The notes under the pieces were generated by a model, which ran no database searches, was not told where the DNA came from, and was given only the letters and a program-made list of their open reading frames with translations. The translations under genes and the position numbers were made by a program. 39,805 nucleotides of DNA, taken from the UHGV virus genome UHGV-0211726; one strand, given 5' to 3'. This document shows, in pieces, positions 26,057-35,063 of the stretch; positions within the stretch are counted from its first letter, which is position 1; each line of letters starts with the position of its first letter. This DNA is from a virus.

Positions 26057-27386
26057 CTTCCGCGCCTCCGAACATCCGCTTCTCTACGATTGTTTCCTGC
26101 TTCTTTTTGTCCTCTTTCTCCATTCGATCAATCTCCTCCGAAACATCCTTGACGATCGAGAGAACCTGCAGCTGTGTTTCCTTGGACACGATGCTCTCAA
26201 GTGCTTGTGCTGTCTGCGCTTCCTCCAAGAGATTCTTCGGGATATTTCTGCTCGTCGTAAAATCAATATCTTTCCATGCGTCCCGATCTGACACATTTGT
26301 CGCCAAGGAGCAAAACAGCTTATATCGTTTCCTCATGGACTTTTCAACTTTACGGTCAAATGTTAGTGCAAGATTGCTCATGGACTGTAATTTGTATGCG
26401 AGAGAAGTTCCGGAAGCATTTCCGAAAGATTCATCTGAGATATTCGCTACCATGCTCGTCTGGTAAATCAAATTTTCCAACCGGTTCAAAAGATTCTCCT
26501 GCGTTCCATCTGCTGTAGGCTTGCCGAGAAACTGTACGATAATATCTTTTGCATTATCTGTGCCGTACAAGTTTATAATCCGGTTGTCCCTGATCTTGTA
26601 AACACCCTCTTCGTCCAGTTCGGCGCCCAGCACCGCAAGATATGCTTCTGCGAAAGAATCTACATCGTTCGCCTTTTCTCCGATTACTCGATTGTATGTT
26701 TCTACCATGCCGGCGACTTCCTCGTACAGACCGATTCTCTCATCGTTTAACAGGTATTCCACGCAATTGATGCGACCATATGGGTTCGGCATTCCCTCCT
26801 GCATCTTTTCTCCGTCAAATGGGATAATTTCTGTCCTTGTAAGTATCTCGCCATACCTTGTGACATTATCGTCCTTTTTTCCATATCTCACCGCAAATAA
26901 TGCGCGGCTCTTTACGGTATCATCGTAGACAACAAACAGTTCTTTCGGATTGCAGACTACTGTCTTCGTCTTCGCTTCTTCGTCTTGGTAAAAATACTCA
27001 AATGCATGTCCGTAGATGCAGCATTTCTTCGCCAGCTCATATTCCTGGTCAGAAATATCATTATCCCGGTCAAATTCAAGGATCGCATCTTTTATTTTTT
27101 CGTCTGGGTGCGATTTTTTAACCGGAATCCCGTAAGCATATCCCAAAAAGGTCTCTGTGATATACCGTGGGAAATTTACAGCCAGTCGGTTGTCCGGCTT
27201 CCATTTTTCCTTTTCCGGTAAGCGGAAGACATCATGGAATCCTTTGTATAGATTCTCAAGGTATCTGTACCTTGGCATTCGTTCTTCATGCTTTCTAATG
27301 TATTCGTCTATCAATGTCATATTGATTTCTTTATCAGCGGAACATAAAAGCGGTTCCGGCAATCTGTATGGTCTTTTCCCATTCAT
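26028..27386 (-). CDS. portal protein
   Basis: 452 aa between terminase large subunit and MuF-like gene. Confidence 0.7.
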   Translation of the reverse strand: MNGKRPYRLPEPLLCSADKEINMTLIDEYIRKHEERMPRYRYLENLYKGFHDVFRLPEKEKWKPDNRLAVNFPRYITETFLGYAYGIPVKKSHPDEKIKDAILEFDRDNDISDQEYELAKKCCIYGHAFEYFYQDEEAKTKTVVCNPKELFVVYDDTVKSRALFAVRYGKKDDNVTRYGEILTRTEIIPFDGEKMQEGMPNPYGRINCVEYLLNDERIGLYEEVAGMVETYNRVIGEKANDVDSFAEAYLAVLGAELDEEGVYKIRDNRIINLYGTDNAKDIIVQFLGKPTADGTQENLLNRLENLIYQTSMVANISDESFGNASGTSLAYKLQSMSNLALTFDRKVEKSMRKRYKLFCSLATNVSDRDAWKDIDFTTSRNIPKNLLEEAQTAQALESIVSKETQLQVLSIVKDVSEEIDRMEKEDKKKQETIVEKRMFGGAEDEQSGVLEE

Positions 27387-27387
27387 T

Positions 27388-28653
27388 TTATATTCCTCCT
27401 CTAAAGGTCTTTAACTTCACTTTACCTTTTCTCTCCTGCTCAATTGAGTACCTTAGCATCGCCATCGCATCATCAAAGAAATTCACCGGCTCGTCTGTAA
27501 AAGTGTTCGTCTTCTCATCTTTTCGCCATTTCCATTGCTGAATCTCCTTAGTCGTGTTTACGCAAGACGGATGGATATGTATGGTATGCTGCTTCAAATA
27601 ATCAATCTGCGCTTTTACACTGTTCGGCTCTTTCTTGACCGGACATGCTCTGTATCCTGCTTTCTGCCACATCTTAATCCTGTCTGGCTCGGCAGAATCG
27701 CAATACATGGTGATTCGTTTTTGGAATTTTCCCTCAGCCAACTGTATGATCTCTGATGTATCTTTTTCAAATACATACAATTCCCGGCATAAGTAGATAT
27801 CTCCATCTTTGAATCCAACCTCCCCGATACAGTTCGCATGGTTGAATCCAAAATCCTGTGAATTTACCATGTAATCGAATCTTTCTGGGGATGTATCGAA
27901 TTCCTCAACCACATAATTTGTAAGGATAAGACCTCCAGTCTCTCCCCATTCACCAAGTCCGTAAATCCGATACCCATCCGGATCCCGTTCTTTACGCATC
28001 ATCATGCGCCGGTGATACGCTTCATCTATGAACCGGTTCTGCAGGTACGTAGACTGGTGTGTGTATACATCATCACTTTTTATGTCGAAATATTTTGCTT
28101 TTAACCAATGCGTTGCTGACACCGGATTGAAGCTGAACGTTATCTGATAATACAAAAATGGATTGAATGACAAGTCACCTCTGAGTCGGTCATCGAGAAT
28201 ATCGACATCCGCTTCGTAAAGCTCCGTTGCTTCTTCAATCCATATCCATGTTAATTTTCCGACATCAAATGTGATAGACTTTACTTTTTCTCGCTGTCCA
28301 TCGTCTTTCATCCCTCGGAAAATTATTTTATTTCCAGTTACTTTAGATATCAGCTCCATTGGATTGCTTCTGATCTGCCAGAACAATCCTGCTTTATCCC
28401 CGTATATTTTATATATCGCACTCTTCAATTCTGCATAGGTACTATCCTTGTTTGTTGTGTCTACTTTCCGGACGCACAAGAGATTTGCGCCTTTATATTT
28501 TGGGTCACCCAGTTTGATGATAAAATTCTGTGCAATGTTTACCGACTTCCCGGATCCGGCAGAGCCTTTTGCCAGCCTGTACCGTTTCTTGCACTCATTA
28601 AACTCTTTGAAATTTCTGTTAAATCCAACATTAACTTGTTTCATCACCATCAC
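27388..28653 (-). CDS. terL: terminase large subunit
   Basis: Walker A GSAGSGKS near the N-terminus; 421 aa; nuclease-domain acidic residues in the C-terminal half. Confidence 0.85.
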   Translation of the reverse strand: MMVMKQVNVGFNRNFKEFNECKKRYRLAKGSAGSGKSVNIAQNFIIKLGDPKYKGANLLCVRKVDTTNKDSTYAELKSAIYKIYGDKAGLFWQIRSNPMELISKVTGNKIIFRGMKDDGQREKVKSITFDVGKLTWIWIEEATELYEADVDILDDRLRGDLSFNPFLYYQITFSFNPVSATHWLKAKYFDIKSDDVYTHQSTYLQNRFIDEAYHRRMMMRKERDPDGYRIYGLGEWGETGGLILTNYVVEEFDTSPERFDYMVNSQDFGFNHANCIGEVGFKDGDIYLCRELYVFEKDTSEIIQLAEGKFQKRITMYCDSAEPDRIKMWQKAGYRACPVKKEPNSVKAQIDYLKQHTIHIHPSCVNTTKEIQQWKWRKDEKTNTFTDEPVNFFDDAMAMLRYSIEQERKGKVKLKTFRGGI

Positions 28654-29128
28654 CGTAATCTACCACAATCTTCATGTCCATATCTCCTGCCACATCTAGC
28701 TTGTCATTCCACATGCCTAAATGTCTACCGAGAAGTTCGAGCGTTTTTTCTTTACTCCCTAACTTTACTTCTATCCCGTTCTGCGTTTCTTTGATTCCTG
28801 CAATAGCTGCTATTTGTGAATCTGATAGCTGATCCGTATCTTTTACTTGCGCCATTCCACCCATCACAGATACATAGTCTGTCACTCTAGCAAAAGCAAT
28901 AGCAGCCAGTTCTTGGAGTACCATATCTTGTGTTATCTCCGTCCGTCTCTGCCGCTCTTCCATTCGTTCTGTGATATATTTTGCAACCTTAACATTTCTT
29001 AACATTCTCGCTGCCGCGGAAGCTGCTGACTCTTCTTTCTTTACGCTTGGATATGCAACGCGGTAAGCCCGTGTGGCATTTAGGTCAATCAAGTACTCAT
29101 CTGCAAATATTTTCTGTTTTTCTGTCAT
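28631..29128 (-). CDS. terS: terminase small subunit
   Basis: MTEKQKIFADEYLIDLNATRAYRVAYP N-terminus typical of the Terminase_2 family; start at 29128 (RBS GGTGGTG); the ORF-track N-terminal extension runs into tRNA sequence. Confidence 0.7.
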   Translation of the reverse strand: MTEKQKIFADEYLIDLNATRAYRVAYPSVKKEESAASAAARMLRNVKVAKYITERMEERQRRTEITQDMVLQELAAIAFARVTDYVSVMGGMAQVKDTDQLSDSQIAAIAGIKETQNGIEVKLGSKEKTLELLGRHLGMWNDKLDVAGDMDMKIVVDYGDGDETS

Positions 29129-29274
29129 AGGACTCACCACCTTTAAAACATAATAAAAGCACCCATCTCTGGATGCTAAGAATTTAGGACTACTGCTAAT
29201 ACGCTTGAATACGACTACAAAAACACAATCAAAATTTATAAGAAAAAAGGAGGAAACTTTGCAGTAGTCCACAA

Positions 29275-29347
29275 CGGGTATAGCAGGACTCGAACCTGCG
29301 ACACGTCGGTTAAAAGCCGATCACTCTCCCAACTGAGCTATACACCC
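29275..29347 (-). tRNA. tRNA-Lys (anticodon UUU)
   Basis: cloverleaf on the - strand: GGGTGTA acceptor, D-arm GCTCAGTTGGGAGAGT, anticodon loop CTTTTAA, T-arm GCAGGTTCGAGTCCTGC; 73 nt. Confidence 0.7.
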
Positions 29348-29536
29348 GTAGGATGCCAGTTGACATCCTTTACCCTATCCGCACTCGGGTACTGACACTA
29401 AATATAGATTGCTGAATCTATTTTTGTTTGTTTTGCAGATCTGCGGATATCTGCGTTTTGGTACCATTGCAATGTAAGTCCGGTGTGCACTCCCAGAACA
29501 GATCTCAGCTGTGCAGCCTGTATACTCACATCACAA

Positions 29537-29582
29537 AGCCGTGTACAGGAGTCGAACCTGTCTGCCCTACATTTGCCACGGC
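29537..29582 (-). ncRNA. tRNA-like 3' fragment (acceptor stem + T-arm only, 46 nt)
   Basis: GCCGTGG...ACAGGTTCGACTCCTGT-ACACGGC; no D or anticodon arms can be folded. Confidence 0.3.
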
Positions 29583-29617
29583 ATAAGAAAAAGCACCACC
29601 ACATAAGTGATAGTGCC
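29583..29617 (-). terminator. intrinsic terminator: 10-bp stem GCACTATCAC-TTAT-GTGGTGGTGC then UUUUUCUUAU
   Basis: read from the - strand; sits about 20 nt downstream of a consensus promoter. Confidence 0.6.
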
Positions 29618-29640
29618 TTTTTATCTTCTTTCACTCTTTC

Positions 29641-29669
29641 AGTATACCAGTCAAGCCACTATATGTCAA
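29641..29669 (-). promoter_or_regulatory. near-consensus sigma-A promoter TTGACA-17-TATACT on the - strand
   Basis: -35 is revcomp of 29664-29669, -10 is revcomp of 29641-29646. Confidence 0.55.
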
Positions 29670-29683
29670 TAGTTTTAGAACAT

Positions 29684-30079
29684 TTAGAACACATTATTCC
29701 AGTGTACTTTTAACATACTGTAGCACTGATTATACGGCACTCCAACTTCTGCGGAAATTTCATATTCATCCATTCCGTTTATATATTTCAATTCCATTAC
29801 CATGCGTAGAATATTGTCCGGCAACTGGTTTATGTATTTTCTTGCTTCCTTGATGAGTAACTCGTTTTCGAAGTATAGCGCTCGATATTCCGTTTCAATA
29901 TCCACACTATCATCAATATCGCTCATACTGTCATCTATCCCGCCTTTTCCCGATGGCATACCGCTCATATTGATTTCGGATGACATTGCCGCATATTTAT
30001 GTGCTTTATACAATTCAGCTAGCCGTTCCATTCTGATGTTATTTTTATGTATTCGTTTTATGCGTGCTTCCGTCATCAC
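29684..30079 (-). CDS. late-gene transcriptional regulator (ArpU/RinA-like, sigma-70 region-4-like C-terminus)
   Basis: 131 aa immediately upstream of the tRNA/terS/terL block; C-terminal HTH-like LRMVMELKYINGMDEYEISAEVGV. Confidence 0.45.
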   Translation of the reverse strand: MMTEARIKRIHKNNIRMERLAELYKAHKYAAMSSEINMSGMPSGKGGIDDSMSDIDDSVDIETEYRALYFENELLIKEARKYINQLPDNILRMVMELKYINGMDEYEISAEVGVPYNQCYSMLKVHWNNVF

Positions 30080-30320
30080 TCATCACACTCCCTTTCGCAT
30101 CTATTCCGACCTTCTTCAAAAAGTCTTCCACCGTGTGCTTCTTGTACTCTGCAACGTCCTTATTCGTCCTCTCACGGCTTTTAAAATCACAGGCGAAGGC
30201 TTTATGCTCCTGTTGTTTTAAAGCTGTCTCACATGGCTTTCTCGTTGCCATATCATGTGCATCTATCTTTCGGATGACTCCTGCCGTCTCCTTTCTGCGC
30301 TTCATGGTCTCTCTTGTCAT
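30045..30320 (-). CDS. hypothetical basic protein (91 aa)
   Basis: ORF in the operon. Confidence 0.35.
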   Translation of the reverse strand: MTRETMKRRKETAGVIRKIDAHDMATRKPCETALKQQEHKAFACDFKSRERTNKDVAEYKKHTVEDFLKKVGIDAKGSVMSDDGSTHKTNT

Positions 30321-30916
30321 TCCTGCATCACCTTAATTTCCTCTCCTGTCAGCTCTTCAAGCTTCTGTCGCATTTCTTCCACTGTCATTTTCTTTGGTTC
30401 TTTGCGCTCCCAGATGAGTTCGAGGTTGCAATCATGCATGATACTGCTAATTTTTCCCATGCATTTAATCTTATATACTCTAACTATTTCCAAATCGCTT
30501 ACCACACTTTTTAAGTTTTCGTTATAGTCTCCCAAATCCACATATCCATCTTCACCAGTCAAAAAGCCGCCTATAACAAGTCTTTTCCCGAAACAGTTAT
30601 CATTATATTCGACTACCATTCCGTCTTTTAAATCTGACTTTGTAAATTTTTTCTGCATGTAATCACCACATTCCAAGATTTTATAATTGTACTTTTCTGC
30701 AAAATCACGAGACGAATATTCTCCGCTTCCGTAATAACACGTTCCTTCGTGGTGCACATTATAATTTGTATTTTTCAAATAACTTTCTCCGTTACACCAC
30801 TTCATTCCATGTCCGTGCATCTGCCTGCAGAAATCTTTCGCTTCTTCCTCGGTCTTACAGTGCACCGCAATCTTATTGTCTTTATTTTTAAATTCATTCC
30901 AATTAAATTTTTTCAT
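30317..30916 (-). CDS. hypothetical protein (199 aa)
   Basis: ORF in the operon. Confidence 0.4.
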   Translation of the reverse strand: MKKFNWNEFKNKDNKIAVHCKTEEEAKDFCRQMHGHGMKWCNGESYLKNTNYNVHHEGTCYYGSGEYSSRDFAEKYNYKILECGDYMQKKFTKSDLKDGMVVEYNDNCFGKRLVIGGFLTGEDGYVDLGDYNENLKSVVSDLEIVRVYKIKCMGKISSIMHDCNLELIWERKEPKKMTVEEMRQKLEELTGEEIKVMQE

Positions 30917-30922
30917 ATTTTC

Positions 30923-31114
30923 TTACCTCACTATCTTTCGCACAATCCAATCCAAAAACACCACAAATAGCAGTATCGGGAATCCCGCAGCCATCAGGTA
31001 ATCCGCGCCTTCTAGTTTTACATCCTCTTCGATTCCTGTCTTCAAAGCAATCACTGTTCCAAGCCCCAGGATGTAGTACAGGGCTAAGAATGCGATTGTA
31101 ATTAAAATGTCCAT
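30923..31114 (-). CDS. small membrane protein (2 TM, 63 aa)
   Basis: two hydrophobic helices. Confidence 0.4.
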   Translation of the reverse strand: MDILITIAFLALYYILGLGTVIALKTGIEEDVKLEGADYLMAAGFPILLFVVFLDWIVRKIVR

Positions 31115-31115
31115 G

Positions 31116-31583
31116 TTATTCCTCCTTGTATGGTTCTGGAAGTGGCTGCCATGCTACAACCTTTTCATACCCCAATTCATCATTTGTTTTAAACACCGTA
31201 TCAACGAATCCTAAACTTGTCGAATCGTAAATATCATGCCAAAATCCAAATCCATATTCACTATCATACTGACAGAACATCGGCAAATCCTCTTCGTGAT
31301 TTTCGACAATACACATATAGAATCTCATATCATCATCTTCTGGTAGTCTATCTTCTACTGAAATCCAGTCTTTATCTTTCTTCCCATCTTCATATCCAAT
31401 CTGATACCATTTTCTCCGGTTACATTCTCCACAGTTTGGAACTTCGTTCATGTGCGAACGGATAATACCACTAATTTCGGTTGCCATACCTGTAGCACCT
31501 AACGCATACAACACCTTATGTCCAGTTACATACTCTTTTTCAACTTCGCTTATCTCTTCCAAAATCTTCTCTAGTACGTTCAT
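31116..31583 (-). CDS. DUF551-like phage protein
   Basis: WISVEDRLPEDDD motif characteristic of DUF551. Confidence 0.45.
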   Translation of the reverse strand: MNVLEKILEEISEVEKEYVTGHKVLYALGATGMATEISGIIRSHMNEVPNCGECNRRKWYQIGYEDGKKDKDWISVEDRLPEDDDMRFYMCIVENHEEDLPMFCQYDSEYGFGFWHDIYDSTSLGFVDTVFKTNDELGYEKVVAWQPLPEPYKEE

Positions 31584-31768
31584 TCCACATTCTCCTTATC
31601 TGCATACTTCTCTACAATATCTACCGCACAGGTCAAGCCATAAAGATAGCTTTCCAGCTCTTCTGCTGTTTTGCTTGATCCATGTCTTTTCCTTTCTTCT
31701 TTCAGCGTTTCGTAGGCATCATTTTTCATGGATTCGATTTCTTCTACGATTTTATCTAGCGTGTTCAT
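31580..31768 (-). CDS. hypothetical protein (62 aa)
   Basis: ORF in the operon. Confidence 0.3.
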   Translation of the reverse strand: MNTLDKIVEEIESMKNDAYETLKEERKRHGSSKTAEELESYLYGLTCAVDIVEKYADKENVE

Positions 31769-32166
31769 CGCTCCACCTCCAACAGCTCTGGATTATCAAA
31801 CTCATTTCCAGCAATCTCGATTTTCGAAAAATCATTTTCTGCTAAATAGTAAACATGGTGTTTAGTCTTATTCCAGATCATAAATACAGCGTGTTCTTCA
31901 AACCATTGCACTACACCTATATCGCCTTTTCCATTTCTTACAATATCATTCTCCCAAATCTTCTTACCATTCTTGTCGGTAAGTCCTGTGTACTGGCAGA
32001 GGGTGTAGGGATCAATCAAGTCGTTAAATATATTAGTTCCATTACAAATCAGATGTTTTATCAGTTTACCATCTTCTGTTAGCGGATTGGTAATATATAC
32101 GTACTGGCCTTCTACCCATTCACCGTTATCTTTTCTCTTTGCTTTAAAAAGGATTTCTCTATTCAT
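31765..32166 (-). CDS. YopX-family protein
   Basis: N-terminal MNREILFKAKRKDNGEWVEGQYVY typical of YopX. Confidence 0.6.
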   Translation of the reverse strand: MNREILFKAKRKDNGEWVEGQYVYITNPLTEDGKLIKHLICNGTNIFNDLIDPYTLCQYTGLTDKNGKKIWENDIVRNGKGDIGVVQWFEEHAVFMIWNKTKHHVYYLAENDFSKIEIAGNEFDNPELLEVER

Positions 32167-32326
32167 TTTCCTTTCCTCCGTTCTGTCTCATCTGCTCTAT
32201 GTAAATATTTGTGGCGCATCTTACAATCTCCGGTTTTAATCCATCGTAATCAGTGCCTTTGTAAAACTGTTTATTGCACGCATTTTTAATCATGCACAGG
32301 ATATCTTCAAATGTTTGTTCTTTCAT
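32159..32326 (-). CDS. hypothetical 55-aa protein
   Basis: ATGA-overlapped with both neighbours. Confidence 0.3.
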   Translation of the reverse strand: MKEQTFEDILCMIKNACNKQFYKGTDYDGLKPEIVRCATNIYIEQMRQNGGKENE

Positions 32327-32472
32327 TCTTTCTCCTCATATTCCGGACACTCTACGCAATACTCATACATGTCCATTCTTGCGCACTGGTCTTTGCACAC
32401 TTCATTTTCCGGGCACTCTATGCAACAACGATCACATCCGCATATACTTGTTAATTTACATCTTCCCATCAT
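32323..32472 (-). CDS. Cys-rich 49-aa peptide (10 Cys, four CxxC/CxxxC pairs)
   Basis: MMGRCKLTSICGCDRCCIECPENEVCKDQCARMDMYEYCVECPEYEEKE; RBS AAGGAGCGAGG. Confidence 0.35.
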   Translation of the reverse strand: MMGRCKLTSICGCDRCCIECPENEVCKDQCARMDMYEYCVECPEYEEKE

Positions 32473-32494
32473 GATTATTCCTCGCTCCTTCCAA

Positions 32495-32689
32495 TTACCT
32501 TATCTTTCTAAAATCACTTGTTGGTGCGTGGAATAACCGCCCGTCATCGCATTTAATCATTGTCTGCTGTCCGCATGCCGTCGGACGATACTGTTTAACC
32601 ACTGTTCCGCATGGATTACCTGGATATCCAACGCACATCACTATGTCTCCGACTCTAATTTCTTCCATGCTACTCTCTGTTTTCGCCAT
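32495..32689 (-). CDS. hypothetical protein (64 aa)
   Basis: ORF in the operon. Confidence 0.35.
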   Translation of the reverse strand: MAKTESSMEEIRVGDIVMCVGYPGNPCGTVVKQYRPTACGQQTMIKCDDGRLFHAPTSDFRKIR

Positions 32690-32703
32690 TATTCATTCCT
32701 CCG

Positions 32704-33060
32704 TTAAAACAAACTCAATTGTTCTAAGTCATATTCTGTCTTTTTCTTTGCAAACTTCACGCCCTGCCGGCGCATCCTGTTAACTCTATCTTCCCGCTTT
32801 AGGCTCGCCATGTAGTTGTTATCAACTTCCGGCGGAGTCGGCAAGTAATATCCCTCTGGGAGTGGCATATTATTCGCTTCGCATATCTCCCGTATATCAT
32901 GCTTGTAGCTTATAATATGGTTTCTTGTAAGATTCATGTTGCATCCATCTGGCCAGAACGGATCGTTGCATCCATATTTTTGTATGTATTTCCAACTCGC
33001 TATCTCTCTGACTATGTTATTCACACATTTACTAATGATTTGTTCTGGTGTCTCTTTCAT
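32704..33060 (-). CDS. hypothetical protein (118 aa)
   Basis: ORF in the operon. Confidence 0.4.
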   Translation of the reverse strand: MKETPEQIISKCVNNIVREIASWKYIQKYGCNDPFWPDGCNMNLTRNHIISYKHDIREICEANNMPLPEGYYLPTPPEVDNNYMASLKREDRVNRMRRQGVKFAKKKTEYDLEQLSLF

Positions 33061-33138
33061 TTTTTTCTCAGAAGCCCGGTATACCCTTGCCCCGGCCGGA
33101 GGCTGGCTCCTTTCTATTTTTCGCTTATTTTTTATAAC

Positions 33139-33621
33139 CTACTGTAAATACCTCCGCATTAATATCCGGTTTGGATTCGATACCGCCCTGTTGAGCCGGC
33201 AACTGGTCCGCACCCAGCCCTCGTGAAACTCCATGTAATTTGCAATGTTGCCAAAGATATCCTTGACCGAAGCTTCCTGTTTCTTTGACTCAGGCATCAT
33301 ATCGTTATCCTTCAGGAAGTTTTTAAACGTTTCAATGCTCGCATCTATTCCGCTCTCTTCGCTTATTGCTGCATAGATGTTCTGGATCGTAAGTCCGTAT
33401 TCGATCATGTACTTAATTTCTCCCTTGTACGGTTCGTATTGTTTTCTTTTATTTTCCATCTTTCTTAACCACATCCTCTTGTTTGCTATTACCCTCTTTT
33501 TCACTTCTTTTCCGGTAATATCCTCAAGCACTCTGCAGATATGCTCATCCGTGCATCCGAGTTTTACCATCTCTTCGATTTGGAACTGGTACGGATCAAG
33601 AAAGTGTGCTGGTCTACTCAT
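33139..33621 (-). CDS. hypothetical protein (160 aa)
   Basis: ORF in the operon. Confidence 0.4.
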   Translation of the reverse strand: MSRPAHFLDPYQFQIEEMVKLGCTDEHICRVLEDITGKEVKKRVIANKRMWLRKMENKRKQYEPYKGEIKYMIEYGLTIQNIYAAISEESGIDASIETFKNFLKDNDMMPESKKQEASVKDIFGNIANYMEFHEGWVRTSCRLNRAVSNPNRILMRRYLQ

Positions 33622-33727
33622 TTTCCTCTCACCCTTTTCTTTCTCTTGCGCTTGGAGCTAACTTTTGTGTAAAAATCCATGTTTCCGTGTCTTTTCTTGC
33701 AAATCTTAAACCCATATCTTTTCATGT

Positions 33728-34312
33728 TCATGCCTGTTCACCCTTTAAACTCCACCATGCTTTCACATTCTTTCCGTACCCTGTAGTCTGGATTCTTACT
33801 CCAAGTTCTGCTTTAGCTTTCATGATGTCCGACCTTTTAATTCCTGCCGCTTCTGACTCCATGAGCAACTTCGCCCCGTCATAGCGTCCACCTTCCATCT
33901 TGTCTTGCAACCACTCTAATGCTTTGTCGTAGTCGGTCTTTGACATCGTATTGACCTTGTCCTTGATCTTTTCCAGTTGGACGGTGTTGGTGTTCATCTT
34001 ATTCCAGATCTTTTCAAAATTTTCTTGCATGATTCTGCGGTTTTCTAAAATCTCATCTCGGATGACTGTAAGTGCCTGTGCTGCGGTCATACCTTTCTTT
34101 TCCGGCTCTTTTACCAGAATTCCCGGTTCAAGTCCGAGAAGTAAACACATGGTTCTTTCAAAATCTTCTGTCTGTTCCGGGTTCTTCGCCATATTACAGA
34201 CAAAAGACTTGCTTCTCCCGAGTTCCGCCGAGAATTTCTCTTTCGTCTTGCCCTGCTTCTCCAATTCCTTGCAGAGCAGAGCGTAGTTTATTGTTACTTT
34301 CTTCGGTTCCAT
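33728..34312 (-). CDS. hypothetical protein with N-terminal HTH-like region (194 aa)
   Basis: ORF next to the replication gene. Confidence 0.4.
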   Translation of the reverse strand: MEPKKVTINYALLCKELEKQGKTKEKFSAELGRSKSFVCNMAKNPEQTEDFERTMCLLLGLEPGILVKEPEKKGMTAAQALTVIRDEILENRRIMQENFEKIWNKMNTNTVQLEKIKDKVNTMSKTDYDKALEWLQDKMEGGRYDGAKLLMESEAAGIKRSDIMKAKAELGVRIQTTGYGKNVKAWWSLKGEQA

Positions 34313-34320
34313 AGTTCCTC

Positions 34321-35052
34321 CTAACTAAAGCTTGCTTCTGGCTCTTCCTCTGGACATATTTCTCCATCTGCTTCCATTTCGTTTATGATGATTTTCGTTC
34401 CCGCTCTTTGCAATCTCAGCAACAGCATGTCAAATTCCCCAAGGTATCTCAACGACTTAATGTCTACACATCCCAAACTGTCAAGTGTATACTCTTTCTC
34501 AAAATCCCATTTCGATATCGGAATTTCCATATTCAACCCTTCATCGTGTTCGTTTTCGAAAATGATTACCGCCCTATGCATGGAGCTCCAAGTAGATCTT
34601 TCACACTCTTCTATTCGCATCTCGCAACTGACCGATTCGTAGCATGGTCCATCGTCAAACTCCACTTCCAGACCAGTTGTGCTGATCTTCTTTTCGCACA
34701 TTGCAATCCATGCATCAAACAGATCAGTGACTTTCATTTCTTTTTCTTCCTGCTTGATTGATAATTCCTTAAAATTTTCCAGAATCTTTTTATTCTCGAT
34801 ACAAGCATCGGAATTTACGATTTCTGTAAGCACCGTATCCAACTTTGGGAGGTATTCCGAAAAATCATACTTCTCTATGTACGGCACCATAACTTCGTCT
34901 ATTTTTTTCGTTAGTGCACTTTCTGCTTTTCCCCATCTAAACGCTTTTTCTATTGCCGATTCTATTGATTCCTTGAATTTATTTCTGAGTATTTCCTTTA
35001 CTTCTTCCTCGGAAAGACACTCCTGTGCCATTTTTAACAATTCTTCTTTCAT
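34321..35052 (-). CDS. hypothetical acidic protein (243 aa) downstream of the replisome organizer
   Basis: ORF; no NTPase motif seen. Confidence 0.4.
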   Translation of the reverse strand: MKEELLKMAQECLSEEEVKEILRNKFKESIESAIEKAFRWGKAESALTKKIDEVMVPYIEKYDFSEYLPKLDTVLTEIVNSDACIENKKILENFKELSIKQEEKEMKVTDLFDAWIAMCEKKISTTGLEVEFDDGPCYESVSCEMRIEECERSTWSSMHRAVIIFENEHDEGLNMEIPISKWDFEKEYTLDSLGCVDIKSLRYLGEFDMLLLRLQRAGTKIIINEMEADGEICPEEEPEASFS

Positions 35053-35063
35053 TTTCTTCCTCC

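Noticed and set aside
29537-29582. Second tRNA suggested by a GGTTCGACTCC T-arm
   Set aside because: Only the acceptor stem and T-arm can be formed (46 nt), with no D or anticodon arms. It is kept only as a tRNA-like fragment, not a tRNA gene.
33061-33138. GC-rich segment ccccggccggaggctggctcc with a GGTATACC palindrome
   Set aside because: No stable stem with a U-tract could be built on the - (coding) strand, so I could not support a terminator call.
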